Origin: Eledone cirrhosa
Taxonomy: Eukaryota
Assembly (NCBI GenBank): GCA_964016885.1
Contig: OZ024745.1
Location: 109,182,001 to 109,246,000, forward strand
Direction: 5' to 3'
DNA length: 64,000 bases
Position numbers and translations under genes: made by a program. Shown here piece by piece: positions 36,930 through 51,144 of the stretch; position 1 is the first letter of the stretch; every line of letters begins with the position of its first letter. Below the pieces are notes generated by a model, which was given only the letters and a program-made list of their open reading frames with translations, was not told the DNA's origin and searched no databases.

Positions 36930-36962
<33 letters not shown>

Positions 36963-37024
36963 AACATAGACTATGAGAGAGTGAGAGATACAGACAGAGA
37001 GCCAAGGGGAGAGAGAGAGAGAGA

Positions 37025-37091
<67 letters not shown>

Positions 37092-37574
37092 TGAGTGTAT
37101 GCATATATATCTGTGATATTAAGAAATTTATCATTTCTGTAGATAAGTTTCATTTCATTCCTGGCAAAAGGTAAAGAAAGAAATGACATATTAGGAATGA
37201 GATTTCTTTTTCTATTTGTGTTGTATGGAATGGTAAGGAGAGATAGCTATAGATAGAGAATAAATGAAGCAGGAAGGGTAGGTGGACTAAGGATAAAGTA
37301 AATACAAAGCTAAGAGGTAGGAATGACATTATGAGGGAAGCAATAGATCAGAATACTGAACTTTGCTTACTTGGAATGATTGCTAGAAAGCCACAACTTT
37401 TAGTCTTTTACGTAATAAACATATATAAGGTATGTTTATCTCTTTGATAAGAGTAGAATAATCAGTATGTATAGAAAATAAATTGGCACTTGTCACCTAT
37501 AGAATTCTTTATACACCTGCATTAAATGGATATTATATTACATTTAGGTTACATTAGCATTATGTACAGTTGTT

Positions 37575-37830
37575 AGATGTTGCACTTCTTATGACATTGC
37601 AATACTTATGATGTTATATTAGTTATGATGTCACATATGATGTTGGATAAGTTGTGATGTTGCATAAGTTATGATGTTACATAAGTTATGATGTTGCATA
37701 GGTTATGATGTTGGATAGGTTATGGTGTTGGATAGGTTATGATGTTGGATAAGTTATGATGTTGCATAAGTTATGATGTTGCATAAGTTATGATGTAGTA
37801 TAAGTTATGATATTATATTAGTTATGATTT
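37575..37830. repeat. 17-bp minisatellite (AGTTATGATGTTGCATA)
   Basis: Tandem unit directly visible. Confidence 0.93.
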
Positions 37831-38047
37831 TTGTCATAATGCCTACACGACCACTTTACAGATTGGGCTGGGGAGTTCACTGGATGCATTTACTTTCACC
37901 TGTCCTAATGGGGGTGCATGGGAAGGTGGGTTGGTGCATATTGTATGTGTGAGATGTCAACATGAATGGACCTGTTATTTTTATCTAAAGAAATTTTTTC
38001 CGATTCCATTTCGCCTGTCCCTTCAATCTATCTTATTTCGCATTCTT

Positions 38048-38083
38048 TCTTCTGATGAAGGACTAGCGACCGAAACGTTAAGA
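38048..38083 (+). ncRNA. Minimal (dimer-type) hammerhead ribozyme motif
   Basis: UCUU-CUGAUGA-AGGACUAGCGACC-GAAAC-GUU-AAGA; followed by ~100 nt of unique tail and then (CA)n(TA)n. Confidence 0.55.
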
Positions 38084-38172
38084 CCCTCTTCCTGCTATAT
38101 CAAGCGTTAACTTAATATATCCCTTCTATATACTGTACCGATTGTGTTGTTATTTCTGTTTACCTTTTACAT

Positions 38173-38277
<105 letters not shown>

Positions 38278-39264
38278 AGAGGCTACTGCATAGTTTCCAG
38301 CCATCAATGGATTTACTTGACACAAGGTTGTAGTACATAACTCTCCAGGTGTTGTACAGAGGAAACGAATTCAGAGTTACATTAGACCCATCTTATTTTT
38401 TTGCTTTGTGTAAGAGTTTCATCTGCATTGATAGGTGGCTCTGTGAAGCTATGGTGTCAGAGTGGAAGACCCTGAAATGCTTACAGTGTTGCTCCATCAC
38501 CTAATGAGACATTAGCTCTTACATTTGGAGATGGAGTACAGCAGCACCGTCAAAAGACAAGCATTTACCCCATGTGTGTATTTGTGTTTATATTTGTGTT
38601 TATGTTTGTGTTTATGTATTTGATGCAACATTGCCATTTAGAAATGTATCAAAATGGTAACTTGGCTTTTTATTAAAATATAGATCAATTAAAAAAGTTT
38701 TAGCTTGAAATAAGTAGTAGGGAAGGCATGCATCTTTAGAAGGTTGAGAGGTTTTTGAAAAACAACTTGGGCATGGCTACAGTTTTGGCTTAGAGTTGTT
38801 CTCTCATTATATCTCTGAGGCAGTCTCATACCACTGCTCTAAAAGAACACAGACACACATACACACACACATATATATGTGCGTGTGTGTAAATTGATTT
38901 CCCTCTGAGGTCAATTGTTAAGGATATTATTTTACTATCATGGATAGTAATGGTAGTGATAGTTCTTTCTTATCTCCTCAGCCGACTATAAAAGGGTTAT
39001 GTTCAACTATATAAGCTAATCAGACACTCATTATTTATTAGGTATCTGAACAGAAAAGATATACATTTGAGATAATGCAAATATATTGCTAAATTTCCAA
39101 TGGTAATGGTAGACTGAAGATCATTAGAAAAGTACACCACAACCAATAAATATTAATCCTTTTGATATCAGCCCACACCAAACCAATCCTTGTTATATGA
39201 AAATCTATTTCTCTTAAAGCAGTCATCTTTTAATTTAAACATTCTTTGTTAAGGTATGTTCCAA

Positions 39265-39465
39265 TTTTCCAGCAGCAACCTGGTGCAGTCTGTAACTAAC
39301 CCAGGGTCTGCTGCACTTTGGGCCGAGGAGGGTAAATGTTCCAAATACTGGTTGCTCTCTGTCTGACAGGTTTGCAATCGAGCCTGAGGCAGTGGAGACT
39401 TCTGGTGCCCTTGGCCCTAGGGCCATCTCTCTGCTCACCACAATCAGTACAGAGTTGACTACCTG
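39265..39465 (+). pseudogene. CRE/R2-group non-LTR retrotransposon restriction-like endonuclease remnant
   Basis: FSSSNLVQSVTNPGSAALWAEEGKCSKY, frameshift, LSDRFAIEPEAVETSGALGPRAISLLTTIS; matches the AE..K..KY...F.P.AVET.G..G pattern. Confidence 0.7.
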
Positions 39466-39729
39466 TAGGTGTGGGCCTCTCCATGGCTAGATACACTAAA
39501 GATCTGATAGTTTGTTTGCAGAATAATCAGACAAGACCCTGTGAACACACAGGTAAAAATCCAGAGTGGGAGAGATGGAGGAATTGACAGTGAGAGTTTG
39601 GTTCTTTCATGTTCAGACCTTGCGTATGTGTATATGTTTCACGGACACACACTTGATAATGAGAAAGTTACTCATTTTACTCAAAATCAATCAATATGTC
39701 ACACTGATCTCACAGATCCTCTTGACTCT

Positions 39730-39995
39730 CTGTCATCATTCAATTCTATTGTTCATAATATTTGGCAGGTCAGAGGGATTGCAGTTTATCTGCTTGATAC
39801 AGGTCCTCTGCTAGTTCTTCCTTGTGTAGGCTCTCATAAAAGAACTTCACTAATAATTACATCTATAGCTCTCCAGCAATGCCCTGCAAATCTGACTCTA
39901 TGCTCTTTGATGATGCCTGGTACTGGATGAAGATTCCCATACAGTGGCTCATTGGTCAGATGATCTCCCCAAGTGACATTCAAAGCCACTTTAAT
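39730..39995 (-). mobile_element. RTE-like LINE 3' ORF fragment
   Basis: KVALNVTWGDHLTNEPLYGNL..IIKEHRVRFAGHCWR..ISEVLL. Confidence 0.75.
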
Positions 39996-40475
39996 TTTAC
40001 TAATTCCTTCCAAATTCTTGTATATTTTAAAGATTAATTGAAAAACATAGGCAGCGACTTTCATGAAAAATATGGTAATGAAAGGGTTAATCATATCATC
40101 AGTATCAAGGGAGAGCACCGGACCTCACCTTCTGACCTTAAGTAACCAATGAGATCCAAGAACCAGTCATGATTCCATGGTTTTCTTTTCTAATATTTAC
40201 TTCTAGATAGCCTGGATGACTACCTTATACATGAAACTGAGTAGCTATGGAATAAGTCATCAACTTTACAAATATAAATATACATGTGTATGTATGTGGG
40301 TGTGGGTGTGGAGAGAGGGTATTGGCATGTAATGGCAAAATATTTCTATGGCAAACAAAAATACCTTGTGGTAATTCAATCTATCTTGGTTACCTCTCTT
40401 TATGCCTGGTTGACTTTGACTTTCAGCCAACTCCAAGATCGACAAAGTACCAGTGGATAAAATTCCCTAAAACCA

Positions 40476-40700
40476 TTAACCCTTTAGCATTCATATACTT
40501 TAGCATTCATATACTTTAGCATTCATATACTATTGTATTTTTATGGTAAAACTTTATCTCACATAATATTGAATCTATGAGATTTTGATATTATTTATTT
40601 TGAGAACAATACCTTAACGTCAGCATGAGTGGTTGGTTTGAACAGAGGGAGATGAGGGAATTCTAGCTGGATATGGCCGGTTTAAATGCTAAAGGGTTAA
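40476..40700. mobile_element. piggyBac-type MITE with TTAA target duplication
   Basis: TTAA-CCCTTTAGCATT ... AATGCTAAAGGG-TTAA; internal triplication of TTTAGCATTCATATAC. Confidence 0.88.
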
Positions 40701-40799
40701 AGGCAATACCACAGTAGAATGATTGAATCCAATAAAAATAAAAGTCAAACTAAGATTAAATGAATGTGTGTCCTTACTAAACAAAGCTTATTGTATATT

Positions 40800-41050
40800 T
40801 ATGTGATGCGCATGGAGGATGACCGCTGGGTGAAGAAGTGCCAGGAAGTCCCAGTGGAGGGAAGATGCAGTAGAGGTAGACCACGAAAAACATGGGCGGA
40901 GGTGGTGAGAGCAGACCTCAGATCGCTGAAACTCACCGAGGAGATGACGAAGGACAGTGACGAGTGGAGAGATGCTGTGCTGAATAGGACCCGTCCAACC
41001 CTTGCAAGCAGGGAAAAGCGGACATAAAAAAATGATGATGATGATGATGA
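40800..41050 (+). mobile_element. RTE LINE 3' end, little decayed
   Basis: Open VMRMEDDRWVKKCQEVPVEGRCSRGRPRKTWAEVVRADL...TRPTLASREKRT* followed by (GAT)n. Confidence 0.92.
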
Positions 41051-41179
41051 CATACACATAGTAACTGACTTTCTCATCAAACTCTTTAGGTTCAGGATAA
41101 GTAAAGTAGATTAAATTTTTGAATCCTCAGGGCTAACTGCTCTTTTAATATATACTTCACTGAGTATGACTGACTTATC

Positions 41180-41804
41180 AGAGAGAGAGGGAGAGAGAGA
41201 GAAAGAAAAGGGTGGAAGTGAGAGTGAGATAGAGGTGTAGGTGAGAGAAGGGAGAGTGAGATAGAGGTGGAGGTGAGAGAAGAGAGAGAGAGAGGGGAGA
41301 GAGAGAGGTGAGAGAGAGATAGTGGTGGGGTAAGAGAAGGGAGAGTGAGATAGATAGAGAGAAAGAGTAAGAGACAGCAACAGAGAGAGGTGATGTGTGG
41401 ATGAGAGAAGGTGTAGGTGAGAGAAGGGAGAGTGAGATAGAGGTGGGGGTGAGAGAAGAGAGAGAGAGAGGGGAGAGAGAGAGAGTGGTGGGGGTGAGAG
41501 AAGGGAGAGTGAGATAGAGAGATAGAGAGAGAGAGTAAGAGAGTGAGAGAGAGAGGTGGGGGTGAGAGAAGGGAGAGTGAGATAGATAGATAGATAGAGA
41601 GAGAGAGTAAGAGAGTGAGAGAGAGAGGTGGGGGTGAGAGAAGGGAGAGTGAGATAGATAGATAGATAGAGATAGAGAGTAAGAGAGTGAGAGAGAGAGG
41701 TGGGGTGAGAGAAGGGAGAGTGAGATAGATAGATAGATAGATAGAGATAGAGAGTAAGAGAGTGAGAGAGAGAGGTGGGGGTGAGAGAAGGGAGAGTGAG
41801 ATAG

Positions 41805-41836
<32 letters not shown>

Positions 41837-41950
41837 TAAGAGAGATAGAGAGAGAGGTGGGGGTGAGAGAAGGGAGAGTGAGTGAGATAGATAGATAGAG
41901 ATAGAGAGTGAGAGAGAGAGGTGGGGGTGAGAGAAGGGAGAGTGAGATAG

Positions 41951-41982
<32 letters not shown>

Positions 41983-42205
41983 TAAGAGAGTGAGAGAGAG
42001 AGGTGGGGGTGAGAGAAGGGAGAGAGAGGTGGGGGTGAGAGAAGAGAGAGTGAGATAGATAGATAGATAGAGAGAGAGAGTAAGAGAGTGAGAGAGAGAG
42101 GTGGGGGTGAGAGAAGGGAGAGTGAGTGAGATAGATAGATAGAGATAGAGAGATAGAGAGTGAGAGAGAGAGGTGGGGGGTGAGAGAAGGGAGAGTGAGA
42201 TAGGG
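41180..42205. repeat. Purine-rich minisatellite (GAGGTGGGGGTGAGAGAAGGGAGAGTGAGATAGA..)
   Basis: Variable ~55-65 bp unit with (GATA)n and (GA)n. Confidence 0.95.
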
Positions 42206-42359
42206 AATTTTGATGAAGTTCTTGACTCCTTGTAAAAGTCTTATATGACAGTAGTGAGTTACTAGAAGAGGTTGTGAATGAGTGTTATGTGTGTATTTAT
42301 ATTATATTAAGTATGTGTGTATATATGTATGCTTGGAAGCAGGTATGTATATATAAGTG

Positions 42360-42375
42360 TGTGTGTGTGAGTCTG

Positions 42376-42438
<63 letters not shown>

Positions 42439-42693
42439 GCAAGCAGGGAAAAGCGGACGTAAAATGGTGATGATGATGATGTTGTGTATATATATATATG
42501 TATGTATGCATGTATATATATATCTCTCTCTCTATATATATATATATGTATATATGTATATATATATATATATATGTATATATGCGTGTATATATCTATA
42601 TTTATATCTATATCTATATGTATATATGCGTGTATATATCTATCTATATATGTATATATCTATATATATATATATATATCTATATATATATAT

Positions 42694-42743
<50 letters not shown>

Positions 42744-42746
42744 GTA

Positions 42747-42823
<77 letters not shown>

Positions 42824-42964
42824 ATATATCTATATATGTATATATCTATATATGTATATATCTATATATGTATATATCTATATATGTATATATATCTATA
42901 TATATATATATATCTATATATGTATATATCTATATATGTATATATCTATATATGTATATATCTA

Positions 42965-43023
<59 letters not shown>

Positions 43024-43140
43024 ATATATATATGTATATATGTATATGTATATATGTATATATATGTATATGTATATATGTATATATATATATATGTGTG
43101 TGTGCATGTGTATATATATATATATATATGTATATGGTGT
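42360..43140. repeat. (TA)n-rich compound microsatellite containing a ~48-bp RTE tail stub (42435-42482)
   Basis: Direct; the stub reads CCCTGCAAGCAGGGAAAAGCGGACGTAAAATGGTGATG. Confidence 0.95.
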
Positions 43141-43271
43141 GTATATGCGTGACAGTGTGTGTATGTGACTCTGTGTGTGGTCTGTGAATACTTACTCTGT
43201 AGGTTTGAGAAGAAACTTTAAAACTTGTTGACTTCTTATTCTTGCAAAACATTTATATATATGTACACACA

Positions 43272-43331
<60 letters not shown>

Positions 43332-43943
43332 TCTGTGTGCGAAGGGCGAACACTTAGTTTAAGACAGGGGTCAGCAACAAGAGTTGATGATGATGGTGGA
43401 GGTGTGTGTGTGGCGGTGGTGGAGAGTGGGGGGGGGGGGTAGAAGAATGGATGAAGGTTTGGTTTGTTGTTTATTGTACACTAGATGGAAACAGATGACC
43501 AAACTGTCAGAAACAGGCAAGCAGAATATCTTAAATTGTGAAAATTACTGGATAATATTTGTTTAACATCTTCCTCATATAGCAGCATTTGGAAGTACTT
43601 TGAATGTCTTTCTAGACCAACACTGTCTTCTACTTCCATGTCCTCATCAATGATGGTGCTAGAGCCATTCTCTGAACCACACTCTCTGGCCCAAAGGCAA
43701 AAATCTATTAAAGTCTGTCTGTATTTTGACAAAGCTTATCTGAAGATGATATCTTAGTGATTCATTTGTTAACTGCAGCAGTTCTTAAAATGGCAGGGGA
43801 TGAGGAAGAAGAGGAGGAGGAGATGGTTATGTACGTTGGTTATGGTAGGGGTGGTAGAGAGAGAGAGAGAGAGGAGATGGTGGCAGGAGACAAGAAATGG
43901 AGAGATGGGTTATCCATGGATAGTGGATAGCATATATGCTTAA

Positions 43944-43985
<42 letters not shown>

Positions 43986-44062
43986 GGAGAAAGCAAAAAT
44001 TGGTAACCTGTACGAGGTGGAACTAGAAACATAAAAAGAAGGACTAAAGAAGAAGCAAGAAT

Positions 44063-44139
<77 letters not shown>

Positions 44140-44251
44140 CCAAAATAGAAATAAATAATATTTGTGATTCAAAGAGAGAAATGACAAGAAATAGATAGAT
44201 ATATAAAGAGTGGGTTGAAGGAGGGCTAGGAGCAGAAGAAATGACGTCATA

Positions 44252-44285
<34 letters not shown>

Positions 44286-44850
44286 CATATATACATATAT
44301 ACATACATACATACATATATATACATATATATGTATATATATACATATATATATACACACACATATATATATATATATATACTAACATACATCCTCATAT
44401 ATATAAAGATTTAGTCCATATTAATTGCCATAGAGGACTCATCAGCAGCCTCTCTTAGTCAATTTGCTCAAATCCTTTGACCTTTGATCTCTGGCTGATA
44501 AATCCCAGCATGCACTCTGCTAAAATGACAGTAAAATCTTTACTGTAGAATGTAATTTCTTGGTGTGGAGGATTGAAGAGGGTGATGGCGGAGTCCATGT
44601 ATTTAGTTTAACAAATAATTTTCAGCAAAATGATATCTGTCAGCTAGGGATATCCAATTAAATATCTTGTTTATACTACTTGATATACGACTAACATGAT
44701 AAAGGCCTGCGATATTTTCAGATAAAATGTATTTATTCATATCTTTGCATTAAAATGATGCAGAAAAAGAAATCAGGAGGGAATTTCACATGTGTTTGTA
44801 TGTATTTGTGTATATATATATATATATATGCATATATGCATACAGGGGGG

Positions 44851-47230
44851 TATATGTACATGTGTGTGTCTATATGTATGTAGAGGGTATATGTGTATGT
44901 GTGTGTCTATATGTATGTAGATGGTATATGTGTATGTGTGTGTCTATATGTATGTAGAGGGTATATGTGTATATATGTGTCTATATGTATGTAGAGGGTA
45001 TATGTGTATGTGTGTGTCTATATGTATGTAGAGGGTATATGTGTATGTGTGTGTCTATATGTATGTAGAGGGTATATGTGTATGTATGTGTCTATATGTA
45101 TGTAGATGGTATATGTATATGTGTGTGTCTATATGTATGTAGAGGGTATATGTGTATGTGTGTGTCTATATGTATGTAGATGGTATATGTGTATGTATGT
45201 GTCTATATGTATGTAGATGGTATATGTATATGTGTGTGTCTATATGTATGTAGAGGGTATATGTGTATGTGTGTGTCTATATGTATGTAGATGGTATATG
45301 TGTATGGGTGTGTCTATATGTATACAGATGGTATATGTGTATGTAGATGGTATATGTGTATGTATGTGTCTATATGTATGTAGAGGGTATATGTGTATGT
45401 GTGTGTCTATATGTATGTAGAGGCTATATGTGTATGTATGTGTCTATATGTATACAGATGGTATATGTGTATGTATGTGTCTATATGTATGTAGATGGTA
45501 TATGTGTATGTATGTGTCTATATGTATAGAGATGGTATATGTGTATGTGTGTGTCTATATGTATGTAGAGGGTATATGTGTATGTGTGTGTCTATATGTA
45601 TGTAGATGGTATATGTGTATGTGTGTGTGTCAATATGTATGTAGATGGTATATGTGTATGTGTGTGTCTATATGTATGTAGAGGGTATATGTGTATGTGT
45701 GTGTCTATATGTATGTAGAGGGTATATGTGTATGTATGTGTCTATATGTATGTAGATGGTATATGTGTATGTATGTGTCTATATGTATACAGATAATATA
45801 TGTGTATGTATGTGTCTATATGTATGTAGATGGTATATGTGTATGAATGTGTCTATATGTATGTAGAGGGTATATGTGTATGTATGTGTCTATATGTATG
45901 TAGATGGTATATGTATATGTGTGTGTCTATATGTATGTAGAGGGTATATGTGTATGTGTGTGTCTATATGTATGTAGATGGTATATGTGTATGGGTGTGT
46001 CTATATGTATACAGATGGTATATGTGTATGTAGATGGTATATGTGTCTATATGTATGTAGATGGTATATGTGTATGTATGTGTCTATATGTAGAGGGTAT
46101 ATGTGTATGTGTGTGTCTATATGTATGTAGAGGCTATATGTGTATGTATGTGTCTATATGTATACAGATGGTATATGTGTATGTATGTGTCTATATGTAT
46201 GTAGATGGTATATGTGTATGTATGTGTCTATATGTATACAGATGGTATGTGTATGTGTGTGTCTATATGTATGTAGATGGTATATGTGTATGTATGTGTC
46301 TATATGTATACAGATGGTATATGTGTATGTGTGTGTCTATATGTATGTAGATGGTATATGTGTATGTATGTGTCTATATGTATGTAGATGGTATATGTGT
46401 ATGGATGTGTCTATATGTATGTAGATGGTATATGTGTATGTATGTGTCTATATGTATGTAGATGGTATATGTGTATGTGTGTGTCTATATGTATGTAGAT
46501 GGTATATGTGTATGTGTGTGTCTATATGTATGTAGATGGTATATGTGTATGTGTGTGTCTATATGTATGTAGATGGTATATGTGTATGTGTGTGTCTATA
46601 TGTATGTAGATGGTATATGTGTATGTATGTGTCTATATGTATGTAGATGGTATATGTGTATGTGTGTGTCTATATGTATGTAGAGGGTATATGTGTATGT
46701 ATGTGTCTATATGTATGTAGATGGTATATGTGTATGTGTGTGTCTATATGTATGTAGATGCTATATGTGTATGTATGTGTCTGTATGTATGTAGATGGTA
46801 TATGTGTATGTATGTGTCTATATGTATGTAGATGGTATATGTGTATGTGTGTGTCTATATGTATGTAGAGGGTATATGTGTATGTATGTGTCTATATGTA
46901 TGTAGATGTTATATGTGTATGTATGTGTCTATATGTATACAGATGGTATATGTGTATGTATGTCTATATGTATGTAGATGGTATATGTGTATGTATGTGT
47001 CTATATGTATACAGATGGTATATGTGTATGTATGTCTATATGTATGTAGATGGTATATGTGTATGTATGTGTCTATATGTATGTAGATGGTATATGTGTA
47101 TGTGTGTGTCTATATGTATCTAGAGGGTATATGTGTATGTATGTGTCTATATGTATGTAGATGGTATATGTGTATGTATGTGTCTATATGTATGTAGAGG
47201 GTATATGTGTATGTGTGTGTCTATATGTAT
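44851..47230. repeat. 37-bp minisatellite, roughly 60-65 units
   Basis: Unit TAGAKGGTATATGTGTATGTRTGTGTCTATATGTATG; register 44881 and 44918. Confidence 0.98.
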
Positions 47231-47306
47231 GTGTATGTTTATGTGCATGTGTATATGTCTATGTGCTTTTGTGTGTATGTGTGAATGTGCATGGTACATG
47301 TGTGTG

Positions 47307-47353
<47 letters not shown>

Positions 47354-47483
47354 GTGCGTGTGTATGTGTGAATAAGACCCATACCACCCTTGCAAGCAGG
47401 GAAAAGCGGACGTAAAATGATGATGATGATGATGATGATGATGATATATGTGTGTGTGTGTGTGTGTGTGAGAATGTGCATGG

Positions 47484-47526
<43 letters not shown>

Positions 47527-49059
47527 AATTGCAGAGATGTCCTTTTGAGCTTTGTTTGTTTTTCAATTTCTTTCTTCAAAATTTCCCTTTATATCTGTGA
47601 CCCAAGTTGATATAATGCTTTTTTTTTTTTGTACAACAGAAGAGATGTAAATATTATTGATGTTATTGTTCATGCTGCTTCTTGTTAATGGAGTGAACTT
47701 TTTATAGACTTTGTATAATTGTACTCTCGTAGCAGTGATGAGGTTACTTCAGGTGCAGTAGAAGTAGAAGATTTAGAGTTTGGGATGGTACTGAAAGAAA
47801 ATAAGGTTATAGTTTTACTTAGACTTAGTTTTATGTCTAAATAATATTAGAGATTATAATTTGTAAATGTTTTATTCTTTTCATACTCAAAGATCTGAAT
47901 TGCTTATGAAAATGTGAAAAAATATATCAAACTATATAGAATGGCAGGCATTAATATGAATTACATGAAAACATACTTGGTTTATATAACATCTCCATTT
48001 TGAATGAAGTCAGAAAAGAACCTAGTGTGGGGGGAAAAAACAGCAGATTACATCGAAAACTAAGATAAATTGACAAAGGTGTAAGAACATCTGATAGAAG
48101 TTTTTACAGTATTTATTTTGACTCTCCATACTCTATCTTAAAATACCACAGTGATCAACTTTGCCTTTCATTCTTTCAAGGTTAATAAATAAAATACCAG
48201 TCTAGTACTGGAATCAATTCTTACTTTCCTTCCTTCTCTGGAAAAAATTGACTGTTTTCAGAGAGAGACAGATAGATTGTTAGGATACACCAGGTTTAAA
48301 TTCCCCCAAAACAGTGCCCTTACAACTTCACTTGGCCTTGAACTCCTCATGATGAATGAAAAATGATACAGTTCTAAAATACCAATAAACATAGACTAAA
48401 GGCTAAACATAAACTAAAGGCTAGCATCCACTAATAATAAAAATCTTACTTAAACAACAATTTCAAAGACAACAAAATTTCACAATTTCAAAGACAACAA
48501 AATTTCACAATTCAAAAGCAACTTCTAATTCCATTATTTCAAAACCAACAGAAAAATATAATTTTTGCTAAATGGATATTATAGCCATTTTGATTTTTGT
48601 ATATTTAAGATTACAATTTCTAATGTGTTCTTCTGTTTTAAGAGTGCAATTTAAGAGGGATTTGTCATTTATTTCTAGCAGGATGAGAGACCTGAAGCTA
48701 TTTCTGGTGGCTATTAGTGAAAAAAGAAAAATGAAATTTACAACTCCAACCAGCTGGCATCCTACAAATCATTGAATATTACTTGAATATTTTGATTATG
48801 CGAACCCCAGTCCTATAAAGAAAAGTAATGTGAATGAAGCATTTTGCACAAGAACACAATGTGCCACCCAATCCAGTACCATAACTACTAGGTCACACAT
48901 ATTGTTATAATCTCAAAAAAGTAGACTAACCATTATTCTCGACTATTTTGTTTCTTATTTAGTTTGTTTGCAGAATCATCGGACAAGACCCTGTGAACAC
49001 ACAGGTAAAAATCCAGACTAACTGGACACTGAGATTATATATGGGAGACCTGGTTGACA

Positions 49060-49755
49060 TAACCAACAATTTTGAGGGAGGGGAAAATCGATACCAGTGC
49101 ATTACTGGTACTTCATTTTATCGACCCTCGTAAGGATGAAAGGCAAAGCTAACCTCGGTGGGATTTGAACTCAGAACAAAAAGGGATGTAACAATATGTC
49201 ACAAAGCATGTTGTTCGACGCTTTACTGATACTACCATCCTCATAATAGTAATAATTGTTTCTACCTTTGGCACAAGGCCAGCAATTATCCCAGTGCATT
49301 ACTGGTACTTTATTTTTATCGACCCCGTAAGGATGAAAGGCAAAGTTAACCTCGGCGGGATTTGAAATCAGAATGGCAATAATAATAATGATTTCTACAA
49401 TAGGCACAAGGCCAGTAATTTGGGGGGAGGGTAAAGTTGATTAAATCTACCCCAGTCCATTACAGGTACTTTATTTTATCGACCCCGTAAGGATGAAAGG
49501 CAAAGCTAACCTCGGCGGGATTTGAACTCAGACCATAATAATGGTTTCTGATTTAGGCACAAGGCCAGCAATTTTGGTGGAAGGGGAAAGTCGATTAAAT
49601 TGACCCCAGTGCATGACTGGTACTTTATTTTATTGACCCTGTAAGGGTGAAAGGTAAAATTAACCTCAGCAGGATTTGAACTCAGAACTTAAAGATATGT
49701 AACTAAATGCCACAAAGCATTTTATCTAACGCTCTAATGATTTCACCAATCCCAT
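49060..49755 (-). mobile_element. Four head-to-tail SINE family A copies
   Basis: GACCCCGTAAGGATGAAAGGCAAAG.TAACCTCGG..GGATTTGAA occurs four times. Confidence 0.92.
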
Positions 49756-49899
49756 ACTAATAGATAAACAGATATAGTTTTCTTTTTTTTTTTTTACTTT
49801 TCCCTCACTGCATAAACATTTCTAGTGATCTTTTTAATGCTTTCTGCATTAAATACGTCTTGGATTCACACACACACACACACACATATATATATGGTG

Positions 49900-50315
49900 A
49901 TAAAAGCCGACCTTACCCAATTACACCAATTACACCTCTCAAAGGCAATGTGACCTCTGGCGTCACACAGTAATACAGAGTACCCGACCTCCCATGGGTA
50001 CAAGCTGAAGCATATAGACAATATGCCCCCACACCCCCCACCGCAAGGTGGTCATGGAGGTGCCACGGCAAAAAAGCACCCAGCCCACACTGTAAAGTGG
50101 ACGTGTAGGCACCACGAAAAAGCACCCAGCACTCACTGTAAATGAGGTTGGTGTTAGGAAGGGCATCCAGCTGTAGAAATCAAGCCAAATCAGTTCCTGT
50201 ATGAGCAAGGCATGGTCAGCCGACCAGACACTGCCCACAACAGGACAACCCGTCTAACCCATGCTAGCGTGGAAGAACGGACGTAAAACGGTGATGATGA
50301 TGATGATGATGATGA
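49900..50315 (+). mobile_element. RTE-type 3' UTR/tail element
   Basis: Duplicated GCACCCAGC..CACTGTAAA block, GGTGTTAGGAAGGGCATCCAGC, (GAT)n tail; similar to the 3' UTR at 23316-23530. Confidence 0.8.
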
Positions 50316-50321
50316 TATATA

Positions 50322-50432
50322 CCGGTCTCTCCCCAAAAATGTATACATACTTCAACAGCATTTTGATTAATATGTGTATACATTTTTGGGGGACGCCCTG
50401 TATATATATATGTGTGTATGTATGTGTATGGG

Positions 50433-50528
<96 letters not shown>

Positions 50529-50643
50529 TATACAGGTGTCTCCCCAAAAATATATATATACTTCAACACCATTCTGATTAATATGTGTATACATTTTTGG
50601 GGGACGCCCTGTATATATATATGTGTGTATGTATGTGTATGGG

Positions 50644-50692
<49 letters not shown>

Positions 50693-50800
50693 GTGTCTCC
50701 CCAAAAATATATATATACTTCAACACCATTCTGATTAATATGTGTATACATTTTTGGGGGACGCCCTGTATATATATATGTGTGTATGTATGTGTATGGG

Positions 50801-50851
<51 letters not shown>

Positions 50852-50959
50852 GTGTCTCCCCAAAAATATATATATACTTCAACACCATTCTGATTAATAT
50901 GTGTATACATTTTTGGGGGACGCCCTGTATATATATATGTGTGTATGTATGTGTATGGG

Positions 50960-51002
<43 letters not shown>

Positions 51003-51108
51003 GTGTCTCCCCAAAAATGTATATATACTTCAACACCATTCTGATTAATATGTGTAAACATTTTGGGGGGACACCCTGTATATATATGTGTGTATGTATG
51101 GGTATGGG

Positions 51109-51144
<36 letters not shown>

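Noticed and set aside
43481-43780. 83-aa minus-strand ORF as a host exon
   Set aside because: No recognisable host domain; scattered words (F..L.QRVW, RH.K, MRKMLN) hint at a very old RTE relic, but too weakly to call.
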